In this document: positions 1 to 8,312 of the stretch, piece by piece
Position numbering within the stretch: the first letter of the stretch is position 1
How the letters are laid out: each line of letters opens with the position of its first letter
Assembly (NCBI GenBank): GCA_030619715.1
Contig: JAUXAW010000002.1
Span: forward strand, 1,221 to 65,220
Source: a candidate division WWE3 bacterium
GTDB taxonomy: Bacteria; Patescibacteriota; WWE3; JAUXAW01
Length of the DNA stretch: 64,000 nt
Direction of reading: 5' to 3'
Position numbers and translations under genes: made by a program
The notes under the pieces: model-generated
Seen by the model: only the letters and a program-made list of their open reading frames with translations
Database searches by the model: none
What the model was told of the DNA's origin: nothing

Positions 1-736
1 TCAGCCCTGCCGAGTCTGGGCGAGGTAGGCGAACTTTTCTGCCCGGAGTGATGTTTCTCAAGGTAGTTACGTATTTAGTTTCCTTTTCGGTCGGGACCTT
101 GTAGGTCGGTTCCAGAGCAATATTTATCTCCGACGCCAGTTTGGGTACGGTGGGAAGCTCCTTGCGCTCGGGTAACTTCTCCTTCTTACTTTCAACCGGG
201 GGTTTGATTTCCGGCTCACGCGCGACCTCAATCCCCGGGGGGAGAGGAAGATCAAAGTTTAATTTTTCGATAAATTCTTGCTCGGCCAGCTCGCTTTTTG
301 GTATCTTTTCCTCAAAACCCTTAAGATACTGGAGCAGCTTGCGTCGGCTCTGGAGGGGTGTCAGCGAAAGAACTTGGGAGGTCAAAAACTGGGAGTAGTC
401 TTCACGGAGATACTCCGGCGGTAGCGGCTCCTTGCGCCAGACCCGTTGGGTCGGGGAGAAGATCGCCAGGATAAAATTGAAGAGCCACTGGTCGAGGGTG
501 CGGTCTTGAATCGGAAAAAAGGCCGTGCCCAATCCGAGGCCGGCGGCAAGAATAATGGTCGACCACTTGATAAGGAAGTTGAGGTCGGAAATCCAGGCGG
601 CGTAGGCGACGGCGATTCCGACGCCGGCAAACAAGAATTGCTTGATGGTCAAATCGCCGATCAGTTTGAACTCAAAGGCGGCGATGTGCTGGGGAACCGC
701 GTGTTGTTTGGACAGTTTCGGGGCTATCTCTGGCAT
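1..736 (-). CDS. PrgI/VirB3-like T4SS membrane protein; N-terminus at 736, gene continues beyond window start (partial)
   Basis: Minus-strand ORF from ATG at 736-734 with no stop inside the window, so it is absent from the ORF track. My translation is MPEIAPKLSKQHAVPQHIAAFEFKLIGDLTIKQFLFAGVGIAVAYAAWISDLNFLIKWSTIILAAGLGLGTAFFPIQDRTLDQWLFNF... This shows the PrgI-family pattern (VPQ.I..E.KLIG.LT.KQF followed by two TM helices), then a Lys/Glu/Pro-rich linker. It may continue into a VirB4-like ATPase outside the window. Confidence 0.5.
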   Translation of the reverse strand, partial: MPEIAPKLSKQHAVPQHIAAFEFKLIGDLTIKQFLFAGVGIAVAYAAWISDLNFLIKWSTIILAAGLGLGTAFFPIQDRTLDQWLFNFILAIFSPTQRVWRKEPLPPEYLREDYSQFLTSQVLSLTPLQSRRKLLQYLKGFEEKIPKSELAEQEFIEKLNFDLPLPPGIEVAREPEIKPPVESKKEKLPERKELPTVPKLASEINIALEPTYKVPTEKETKYVTTLRNITPGRKVRLPRPDSAGL

Positions 737-768
737 AGCTAATCTTAGTATACCAAACTTTAGATAGA

Positions 769-810
769 GATAAAGTAACTCAGTAATTCAGTAACATCAG
801 TAAAGACAAG
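769..810. repeat. S-type repeat (gtaactcagt...cagtaaagacaag); inverted copy of the gtctttactg repeats at 956-984 and 1339-1378, also at 60656-60694
   Basis: Direct reading of the sequence. agtaaagacaag at 798-810 is the reverse complement of cttgtctttact at 1337-1349. Confidence 0.5.
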
Positions 811-948
811 AAGAACCTGCTCGCTTCGCCAAGTCAGACTTGGCTTCGCTCGCAGAACCTTGCATTTGAGCAAAGCTCAAAAGTAGGCCTTCGGCTTTAG
901 ATCGCAGAACGATCGCCGCTTGCGGATTATTTAACGCGAAGCGCTATT
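811..948. repeat. about 130-nt repeated element (aagaacctgctcgc...cgcagaaccttgcatttgagca..agctcaaaagt...gcgctatt), second copy at 59927-60020; possible structured RNA
   Basis: Two copies with about 75% identity over shared blocks. Internal hairpins (gccaagtcagacttggc, gagcaaagctc). No ORF. Confidence 0.45.
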
Positions 949-981
949 GATTTATTGTCTTTACTGTCTTCACTGTCTTTA

Positions 982-1335
982 CTAATTCTTGAATTTGGAA
1001 ACGATAGAGGAGAAAATTTTGATCAACTCCGCACACTCTTTACCCAGCTTAATAATTTCATCTGACAACTGTGGATTATTTTTCAAAAGCAACTTGAGCC
1101 AGTATTTCGTCTCCCGAGCTTCCTTGAGGACAACACGAATTTTGTGAACAAAATCTTTACTACTTTCAGCTTCGCAAGCTTCGCGGTAGTTAGCTCCCAT
1201 TGATGTTCCCGAACGGAATGCCTGTCTTGAGATTTCTCGATTTACCAGATTTTTTGGGAGTTTATTGATTAGATTGATTAGATTCTCACTAAAATTCAGA
1301 GTCCTTCGGAGTAAATTCTCATTGTAATTTTTCAT
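982..1335 (-). CDS. four-helix-bundle protein (23S rRNA intervening-sequence protein family)
   Basis: 117-aa ORF. Signature FRSGTSMGANYREACEAESSKDFVHKIRVVLKEARETKYWLKLL is typical of the IVS 4HB family (PF05635-like). Paralog at 10260-10643. Flanked by gtctttactg repeats. Confidence 0.8.
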   Translation of the reverse strand: MKNYNENLLRRTLNFSENLINLINKLPKNLVNREISRQAFRSGTSMGANYREACEAESSKDFVHKIRVVLKEARETKYWLKLLLKNNPQLSDEIIKLGKECAELIKIFSSIVSKFKN

Positions 1336-1569
1336 TTTGTCTTTACTGTCTTTACTGATTTATTGTCTTTACTTTTGAAGGTATTCTACCACGCCATCGG
1401 GTTGAGTAAGGGTTTGGGGTTGACAAGGGACCTGTAATGTGGTATAGTAGTGGGATGGGATGGGGAGAGGTGGAGGGGCTTTTCCTACAAACTTCTCATC
1501 GAACTCTTATAAATCTGCTTTTCCCTCAGAAGCAAACAAAATATTACCACAAATAAAGGAGGTACGCAA

Positions 1570-3048
1570 ATGTACGAGTACGATTGGATGACACCCGAAT
1601 GGGTGTCGGAGGCGATCGTGGCGGAGAGGGCAGCAGCTGCGTTCATCACCGGCCGTCGGGGGACGAAGAAAACGGAGTTCATCATCGAGTATATCTCCGG
1701 TCCCCAAACAAAGAGCTGTCCAATTATCCTTGGTGGGCCCTTTAAGGGCCAGCGAGGGATGCGGGTCTTTATCGTTCCCAAGGGGGAAGATCCTCCGAAC
1801 GAGGCCGTCCTGTACGTCGAACTTGAGCCGGAGGAAATCGATCTGGCCCAAGTCAAGGACGTGCCGTTCGTCGTGATCCACCACGCGGCCGCGGTCTGGG
1901 CCTGTCCCGCGCTCGGTGCGGACAAGAAGTCCCTTGAGCTCGATACTCCAATTAGGAATAACGAGCTAACCCACAAGGACGCCGCAGAGTTCTACTCGGA
2001 GTTGGTGTGGGTTGGGCCATCGAATCCGAACGACCAGAAAGCCAGTGAGGAATTTGGCTGTAGACTGGTCTTTCTGGCCCTGGAGGGTATCCGCGGGGTC
2101 ATCGACCCGAAGAAGTTCGGCCCCGGAATATTCACCCCACTCCAGCGACCCGAGTATCGTCTGCGGGACACCCACTTCACCCACTGGATTTGGGAAATCC
2201 TGCAGCGGATTCGCACTGAGGGAATCCGGACCCGGGGGGCTTTCGCCGCCGACCGCGCGGGGAGTGACGAACTCTTTGGTATCAAAGCGGAATACGTCAA
2301 CTTCCTCCGTGCGAAAGCCGACGATGCTTATGAGCTCCAAAACCTGACACCCAATTGGGTGGATGGAGAGTTGACCCACAAGGATGTGAGGTCGGCGATC
2401 GATGACCAGGTTTGGCGCTTCCGGCCTGACCGGGACGTGATCATCCGGACGTGGCGCGAGCGAGCAGACGGATGTCTACTCGCCGGTCTGCGGGAAAAAA
2501 GGCGCCGTGGAGACCTGGATCTGGGTGACATCCATAAGGCCTTCAGCTCAGGTCGTCTGTTCCAGTGGATGGACGACGACGAGCGCGTTGAGCAGGAGAA
2601 CCAGCTCATCGAGTGGTGGTTCTGGGAGGTCTACATTCCGCGTCTGTATCGCCTTGCTACTTCCGGTGTCCGTGGGATCAACTACTCCGAAGTAGCCAAG
2701 CAGACGGTGAGCGGCCTCGGTGAGTGGGGTGGTTCTGCCCACGCAGATCTGATGACGGCTCGGGTCTTTGCAGTCGCCTACCTCTGCGAGCGGTTCGGTG
2801 AGATGGCCGCAGCTGCCCGACGGAAGGGTAGTGGGGTGCCGGACGAGGATATGAGGGATGAGGCCTTGAAGGCCTATCAAAAGGGTTCGGTCACTCCGCA
2901 AGAAGCTGCGGAGATGGATACGAGCAATACCCTCACCATTCCGGATGTCACTGCTGGTGCACGTAGCGAAAAAGATCTCTACGCCGAGTGGCTGAGAAAC
3001 TTCGAGTCCAAGCTGAAATGGATACTTGGGCCAGGGTTCACGCCTTAG
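1570..3048 (+). CDS. hypothetical protein, GC-rich (about 60%), with internal duplicated NNELTHKD/DGELTHKD segments
   Basis: 492-aa ORF with strong SD (aaaggaggtacgcaaATG). Codon usage and GC differ from flanking genes. No recognisable domain. Confidence 0.6.
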   Translation: MYEYDWMTPEWVSEAIVAERAAAAFITGRRGTKKTEFIIEYISGPQTKSCPIILGGPFKGQRGMRVFIVPKGEDPPNEAVLYVELEPEEIDLAQVKDVPFVVIHHAAAVWACPALGADKKSLELDTPIRNNELTHKDAAEFYSELVWVGPSNPNDQKASEEFGCRLVFLALEGIRGVIDPKKFGPGIFTPLQRPEYRLRDTHFTHWIWEILQRIRTEGIRTRGAFAADRAGSDELFGIKAEYVNFLRAKADDAYELQNLTPNWVDGELTHKDVRSAIDDQVWRFRPDRDVIIRTWRERADGCLLAGLREKRRRGDLDLGDIHKAFSSGRLFQWMDDDERVEQENQLIEWWFWEVYIPRLYRLATSGVRGINYSEVAKQTVSGLGEWGGSAHADLMTARVFAVAYLCERFGEMAAAARRKGSGVPDEDMRDEALKAYQKGSVTPQEAAEMDTSNTLTIPDVTAGARSEKDLYAEWLRNFESKLKWILGPGFTP

Positions 3049-3061
3049 GAGGAGGGAGAAA

Positions 3062-3712
3062 ATGCCAGAACCGTATGTTCCCAAACCGCGAAGACCTGTA
3101 CGTCAGAGAACGGCTGACAGCGCTATGCATTGGCTCGCTCGGTTATTCCGGGCCGACGTGGCCATTGGACCCCTGGAGAAGGGGTTCACCCTCGTCGTCT
3201 TCTTCCTTGCTGGATTGGTGGTTGGGGGAGCTCTTGGAGACATCCTTCCATTACCGTCACTCCTTTGCCGGCTGATAGGCGCTGGCATAGGTTTAGCGGT
3301 TGCCGGTCCTGCACGGAAACTCCCAATCCGCTGGGGGCAAGCGGGAGTAGTGGGGGCAACACTTCTTGCTATTCTCGTCTCCTGCGGTGCTGGTTCCGTA
3401 GGGCAGCTTGCTGCCCTGACCAAAGGAACGGTAACAGCTTACCGGCTGGAGAGTGGGGACAACACCATCCTCGCCACCGGACCCGCTCGGGGGTGCCAGA
3501 TAGCCATAAACGAGTTTAACCTTGGCCTCCTCTCCGAAGAAGAGATGAGGGAACAATGTGGTGACTCGTTAGCACCGGCGCAAGTAGAAGAAGGAGAAAA
3601 GACCGCCTTGCGGATACCCAAACCCAGTTTCCTTTTGTTCGTTTGGGCGGGTATCCAAATTCTGCTGGTGGCAGTGGTTTTGGTTTTCATCTTCAGAAAA
3701 CCGCCGCCCTAG
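3062..3712 (+). CDS. hypothetical polytopic membrane protein (GC-rich)
   Basis: ATG at 3062 preceded by ggaggagggag. Several hydrophobic helices. Starts 14 nt after the upstream stop, so likely co-transcribed. Confidence 0.5.
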   Translation: MPEPYVPKPRRPVRQRTADSAMHWLARLFRADVAIGPLEKGFTLVVFFLAGLVVGGALGDILPLPSLLCRLIGAGIGLAVAGPARKLPIRWGQAGVVGATLLAILVSCGAGSVGQLAALTKGTVTAYRLESGDNTILATGPARGCQIAINEFNLGLLSEEEMREQCGDSLAPAQVEEGEKTALRIPKPSFLLFVWAGIQILLVAVVLVFIFRKPPP

Positions 3713-3721
3713 CAGAAACAA

Positions 3722-3769
3722 GACCCTGAGGTTGATTTACATCAACAACCTCAGGGTCTGTTCTTTTTG
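3722..3769 (+). terminator. rho-independent terminator
   Basis: gaccctgaggttg...caacctcagggtc perfect stem followed by tgttcttttt. Confidence 0.65.
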
Positions 3770-3783
3770 TCAAGAAAAGGAGA

Positions 3784-5313
3784 TTATTTGATAACCTTTC
3801 CAATAACCGGCAGCTTGCCGAGGATCTTACCCGGCTCGAGGCCCGCCCTGGCAACCGCAGCGGGAGCGGTAACATCAAACGCATCGTCAAGCATTGCCGG
3901 CACGCGGGTCGCGGCCATAACCAAACCGAAGGCTACTAATCCTCCAACATTTGTACTTCCAAAAGGAGAAAAAACAGTTCCCCACCCCAAATCTTCGGGC
4001 ATCGGCATCGGGACGGTCATACTTTTCTCCGCAATATAAGTAGCGAAGTTTATTAGTAGATAGATCACCGGGAAGCACAAAACATTGACGGCGAAGCTCT
4101 TGAACCAACGGGTGGTGGTGTCCTCTTGGCCGGGGAGGGCCCCCCAAGCAAAAACGAAAGGAGCAAAAATGACCTGCATAAACAGTCCGGCGAAGCGGGT
4201 GATAAGAGTGAAAAAGAGCATAAAGGCGACGACGATGAGAATAACCCTCATACCTAAACCAATAATGTATGATGAAATTCCCGTACCCCCAAGATAAATG
4301 TTACTCCACCCAAAACCCCAACTCAAAGGGTCCCAGAATTTAATACCGGCAAACCGATCGAAAAGAGCGCCAATGATACGAAACGGTTCTATCATCGTCA
4401 TCGGCATTGGTGCTAGTATCGGTCCGAACTGAGAGTCAATCAGACCTTTGAGGACGCGGCCAAGGTCAACGATGATGCCAGCGATGGGATAGCTAAAGGT
4501 GATTAGAATCAAAGAGATGGCGATTCGAGGTAGAGCAGCGGTAACCGTCATCACTGTCCGAGGATCAATTTGGCTACGTATCATCACCATAAAACCCATT
4601 CCTACCAGAATGAGAACCATAAGAACATAACTGATATTACGCATTAGGCGCCAGATGCCGACGATTGACTTAAAGGTGTCACTTCCCGTTTGAGCATATG
4701 CCGGTGTACTGACGATGTTGTTGGCCAGCGCGTCTTTGATGAAAGAAGCGGTGTGAAGGTTGGGCGGGCTTTGCTCTAACATACCTACGGTCATCGATCC
4801 TATTTGTCCAGCAACACCTGAAGGAGGGAGGGCCTGCGGGCCGTTGGCGGTTTGTTTTATACATTTGCAGAAGTAATCCGCCCCCGTGTCTCCACCTCCG
4901 TAGACGGTCGCTGTGTAGCCTGGTGGACACTCGTCTACCTTAATCTCTCCAGTTTCTGGATCAGCTATACAGAGGTCGCCTCCTGTTTTGGCAACGGCGG
5001 TGTAGGCAACAAGAGTTCCCATATGACCCACATCCCCCAGCCACTTGAGCAACTGCTCACCCGTTAGCCCAAACTCCCTGTTTACGATCATCCCGAGAGT
5101 GTTTGTTATTATCCAGGGGAGTGTACCGGCCTGGGCGGTTTGGACCTCATATTTTTGACCCTCGTAGGGTGCGGTTTCGACTTTGTAATCATTGGGCGAG
5201 GCGTTGGGGAGAAGTTCGACGTCCTGGGCGAACACAAAAGACGCGAAAAACGGGGACGCCAAAAACGCAAAAGCGAGAAACGCTAAAAGGATTTTTTTGG
5301 ACAAGAGTCTCAT
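3784..5313 (-). CDS. secreted/polytopic membrane protein, VirB6/TrbL-like candidate (T4SS inner-membrane component)
   Basis: ATG at 5313. Signal peptide MRLLSKKILLAFLAFAFLASPFFASFVFA, about 200-aa Cys-containing periplasmic domain, then at least 6 TM helices. Assignment is by topology and context only. Confidence 0.45.
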   Translation of the reverse strand: MRLLSKKILLAFLAFAFLASPFFASFVFAQDVELLPNASPNDYKVETAPYEGQKYEVQTAQAGTLPWIITNTLGMIVNREFGLTGEQLLKWLGDVGHMGTLVAYTAVAKTGGDLCIADPETGEIKVDECPPGYTATVYGGGDTGADYFCKCIKQTANGPQALPPSGVAGQIGSMTVGMLEQSPPNLHTASFIKDALANNIVSTPAYAQTGSDTFKSIVGIWRLMRNISYVLMVLILVGMGFMVMIRSQIDPRTVMTVTAALPRIAISLILITFSYPIAGIIVDLGRVLKGLIDSQFGPILAPMPMTMIEPFRIIGALFDRFAGIKFWDPLSWGFGWSNIYLGGTGISSYIIGLGMRVILIVVAFMLFFTLITRFAGLFMQVIFAPFVFAWGALPGQEDTTTRWFKSFAVNVLCFPVIYLLINFATYIAEKSMTVPMPMPEDLGWGTVFSPFGSTNVGGLVAFGLVMAATRVPAMLDDAFDVTAPAAVARAGLEPGKILGKLPVIGKVIK

Positions 5314-5412
5314 CTTCGAAAAGATACTAACAAAGTTTCCTGCTTTTTGCAAGTATAACATCTCTGTTTGGCAATTGCAAGAGCAGGTGGGTTTTGTTAT
5401 TCTAAAACTGCT

Positions 5413-7314
5413 ATGGTCTTTGCCCTTCCCAAAATATTCAAGAAGAAGCCCAAGCCCAAATCAAAACCCTCCTATTCTCCCCGAACTGAGCAGCGAATCA
5501 CCGAATCGATGATGGAGTTAGCGTTAAAAGGTCCTCGCTGGATTGGGGAACAGATGGGGGCGGATCTCGATGAGGCCTTTGAGATCGGCAAGACCCGCGT
5601 TTCCCTGACCCAATTTATACGCCACCCAATCAAGACAGTTAAGAAAGTTGCTAAGGCGTGGACTATTAGTACTTGGACAAAAAATCTATCGGCGCAACTC
5701 GTAGCTGAGTATGTTTGGAAACCGCGTCTTGAGCACTTTAAAACGCAAGGAAATATTGACGATGACGAATTTGACTTTATCCTAAAAAAGTGGGCAGAAA
5801 AGCCGGATGGTTTTGAGAGAGATGTAGGTTTTGAGCGATTGGAGGAGTTGCATAAATATGGTCATCTTGATGATGATGTTTGGCAAGGAATCCACCGTCA
5901 GCACCAGTGGGATGAGTTTGCCCGTTTCCGCCGTAAGCCGGGGAGGTATGTTTGGCAAAAGTTTTTTGGCAAGAGGGGGCACTTAGGAGAGGGGCGCTTT
6001 TACAAATACACACCGAAGAAGTGGCTAGGCGAGCCGCTGGGTAAAGCACTGGCAAAAACTGGTTTGGGGAAGGCGGTTGCCGGAATTAGGGAAGCAGCTA
6101 AGCAGGTAGCTCGAAAGGTTGTAGATACGGCGAAGAAAGTTTTGGGAGTGGCGGCTAAAGCGGTGGCGAAGGTTGCCAAGAAGGTAATCATCAAGGTTGC
6201 TGGTCAGGCCGCGTGGGCAGCAATTCACTCAGCTGTTTTGTCCGCTCTTGGAACGGTTGCTCCGGGGGTTGGAAATGTGATTGGTTTTCTTGCCGGACCC
6301 TTTGTTGCCAAACTGACAGAATGGATTATAAAAATTGCTTGTTTGGGTTGTGGGTGCGCTACCTTGTTGTTCGTTGGCTCTATGATTTCTATCGTGATAG
6401 CAATATTCGGTGCTTTCCGCCCGCTGGAGGTGCTGGAGGCGTTGCCGGGGGAGCGGTTTGTGGAGATAAGCAAGACGGCTAATGGTGTCAATCCTTTGAG
6501 GTTAGATTTGGGGGCGGACCCGTTGGTTTTGTTTACAATCAGTTACGAAAATGTTGGCGAGTCCAAGCTGACCAGTGTTATTATCGAGGATGATTACGCC
6601 GGGGATCACGATGGAGATGTTATTATGATTGTTGACCCGGGCGGTGGGGTGAATATGGGCGGCAAGTTGATTTGGAATCTTTCTGACCTGGATTCGGGAG
6701 CTGGGAGCTCTGTTTCCTATCGGACGATGATTGTGGATACGAGCATTGAGCAGGTGATAATTAACCACGCTACTTTGACGGCGATGAACGAAGATGGAGA
6801 AACAATCAGTGTCAGCAGGCAAGGGGTGGTCATCGTCGGTGAGCCTGAGGGTCAGCCACCGTCCGGTTGGCCGGTGGACGAGGGTTGTGTTACCCAAGGA
6901 CCCTACACTGGGGATGATGATAGCCACAAAATCATTGACGCTATCGATATTGCGCCGGTGGTGGCGGGAACTCCGGGCCAGTCGATCTACGCCACTCACG
7001 ATGGGACGGCTTTGGTCTACGACCAGCCTTCTTCAACTTTAGGGAAGCACGTGGTCATTGTGTCACCGCTCGGTTTCAAAAGCCATTATGGGCATCTTGA
7101 CAGTATTTCTGTTGACCAAGACGCACAGGTCTACTCCGGTACTGTGATCGGAACGATGGGGAACACGGGTGAGTCGAGTAATGTGCACGTGCACTACCAG
7201 CTTGTGGGTCTTAAGACGAGCGAATATGTTCCGCGTGACAGTCTAGACGGTTGTGCTGGTCGGGGCGCTTGTGGTTGCTGTTTTACCAGTCGTAGTGCAA
7301 GGTGTGGAGAATGA
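5413..7314 (+). CDS. membrane-anchored M23 (LytM-type) metallopeptidase
   Basis: ATG at 5413. Basic KKKPKPKSKP N-terminus, Gly/Ala-rich TM block, C-terminal M23 motifs (HYGHLDS ... GNTGESSNVHVHYQL). Confidence 0.75.
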   Translation: MVFALPKIFKKKPKPKSKPSYSPRTEQRITESMMELALKGPRWIGEQMGADLDEAFEIGKTRVSLTQFIRHPIKTVKKVAKAWTISTWTKNLSAQLVAEYVWKPRLEHFKTQGNIDDDEFDFILKKWAEKPDGFERDVGFERLEELHKYGHLDDDVWQGIHRQHQWDEFARFRRKPGRYVWQKFFGKRGHLGEGRFYKYTPKKWLGEPLGKALAKTGLGKAVAGIREAAKQVARKVVDTAKKVLGVAAKAVAKVAKKVIIKVAGQAAWAAIHSAVLSALGTVAPGVGNVIGFLAGPFVAKLTEWIIKIACLGCGCATLLFVGSMISIVIAIFGAFRPLEVLEALPGERFVEISKTANGVNPLRLDLGADPLVLFTISYENVGESKLTSVIIEDDYAGDHDGDVIMIVDPGGGVNMGGKLIWNLSDLDSGAGSSVSYRTMIVDTSIEQVIINHATLTAMNEDGETISVSRQGVVIVGEPEGQPPSGWPVDEGCVTQGPYTGDDDSHKIIDAIDIAPVVAGTPGQSIYATHDGTALVYDQPSSTLGKHVVIVSPLGFKSHYGHLDSISVDQDAQVYSGTVIGTMGNTGESSNVHVHYQLVGLKTSEYVPRDSLDGCAGRGACGCCFTSRSARCGE

Positions 7315-8312
7315 AGAAAACTAATTTAATTTTAACCGCTACTATTACGATAGGTGTCCTCCTTCTGCTCGGAGTCGGGATGGGGATTTGGTGGAAGAGA
7401 GCTCAGCCCCAACCTCAGCCCGAGACTTTGCCCCAACTTCCGCCTCTGGAAATTTCTCCCACAGTGCCGCAACCCTCGGCCCCGATCTATACGCTGGAGG
7501 TAGCGGCACCAAAGGTTGAAAAATTGCCGGTTTATCAATATTCCTTCGCTTCCACTCCAGCGTCTTGGGCGCGGAATTTAGGGTTTGCCGGTGAGCCGGA
7601 GGAAATTGAGGATGCTTTGCGGGGAACGCTTTATCTTTGGACAAAACTAGGTCGGACACTGATTGTGGACAAAAAGGCCTTAAGTTTGTCATACAGCGTG
7701 GATCTTTTGGCCGACCCGGAGACTTTGGCCGGTTCGTTTCTGCCGACCTTTGAGCCGGCGGCGGCGATCGTCGAGCGAACTTTGCTGGAGCTTGAGCCCG
7801 CCTCTGGCGGGTCACCTCTCTTAAAACTTGACCCTCAAAAGAGCAAAGCCCTGAAAGCCGGTGTCGCCCGGGTCCGGGAAGTCAGCTTTGAAGAGGCCGA
7901 CCTCGTTGAAATTCACTTCACCGCCAAAGTTGACGACTATCCTATTTATTTAGAATCGGGCCCCGACGGAGACCCGGCCGTCGCCTGGGTCGGCAAAGAC
8001 GCCAAACTCTTGCGTCTCGAATATACGCCGCTGGGAACAGTGGGAGAAAAGATTGGTGAATACCCCCTCTGGTCGGCCGAGGAGGTCCTAGCGATGTTGG
8101 AGCGTGGCGAAGGGGTGGTTGTTAGTTCAACGCTTGAGGGGGGTCAGACGATTGCTTCGGCCACGGTGACCCGAATCGCCGCCGGTTATCTCCTGCCGCC
8201 GCCGGACGCGACCGTAATTCAGCCGGTGTTCGTGGTCTCGGCCAAGGTGACAACCACCAGTGGAAAGACCGGAGAAATGACAATATACCTTCCGGCGATC
8301 AGGAGCGACTAA
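7311..8312 (+). CDS. membrane-anchored hypothetical protein (N-terminal TM, Pro/Gln-rich linker, extracytoplasmic domain)
   Basis: ATG at 7311 overlapping the upstream stop. One N-terminal TM (LILTATITIGVLLLLGVGMGIWW). Confidence 0.5.
   Translation: MKKTNLILTATITIGVLLLLGVGMGIWWKRAQPQPQPETLPQLPPLEISPTVPQPSAPIYTLEVAAPKVEKLPVYQYSFASTPASWARNLGFAGEPEEIEDALRGTLYLWTKLGRTLIVDKKALSLSYSVDLLADPETLAGSFLPTFEPAAAIVERTLLELEPASGGSPLLKLDPQKSKALKAGVARVREVSFEEADLVEIHFTAKVDDYPIYLESGPDGDPAVAWVGKDAKLLRLEYTPLGTVGEKIGEYPLWSAEEVLAMLERGEGVVVSSTLEGGQTIASATVTRIAAGYLLPPPDATVIQPVFVVSAKVTTTSGKTGEMTIYLPAIRSD

Noticed and set aside
1485-3084. Minus-strand ORFs 1485-1976, 1507-1884, 1966-2379, 2548-3084 and many short plus-strand ORFs in the 1570-3712 region
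   Set aside because: All overlap the long GC-rich plus-strand CDS. High GC inflates spurious ORF length; none has an SD or plausible composition.
6502-6999. 165-aa minus-strand ORF inside the M23 peptidase gene
   Set aside because: Fully antisense to a CDS with clear domain motifs. Arg/His-rich translation is characteristic of an antisense frame.
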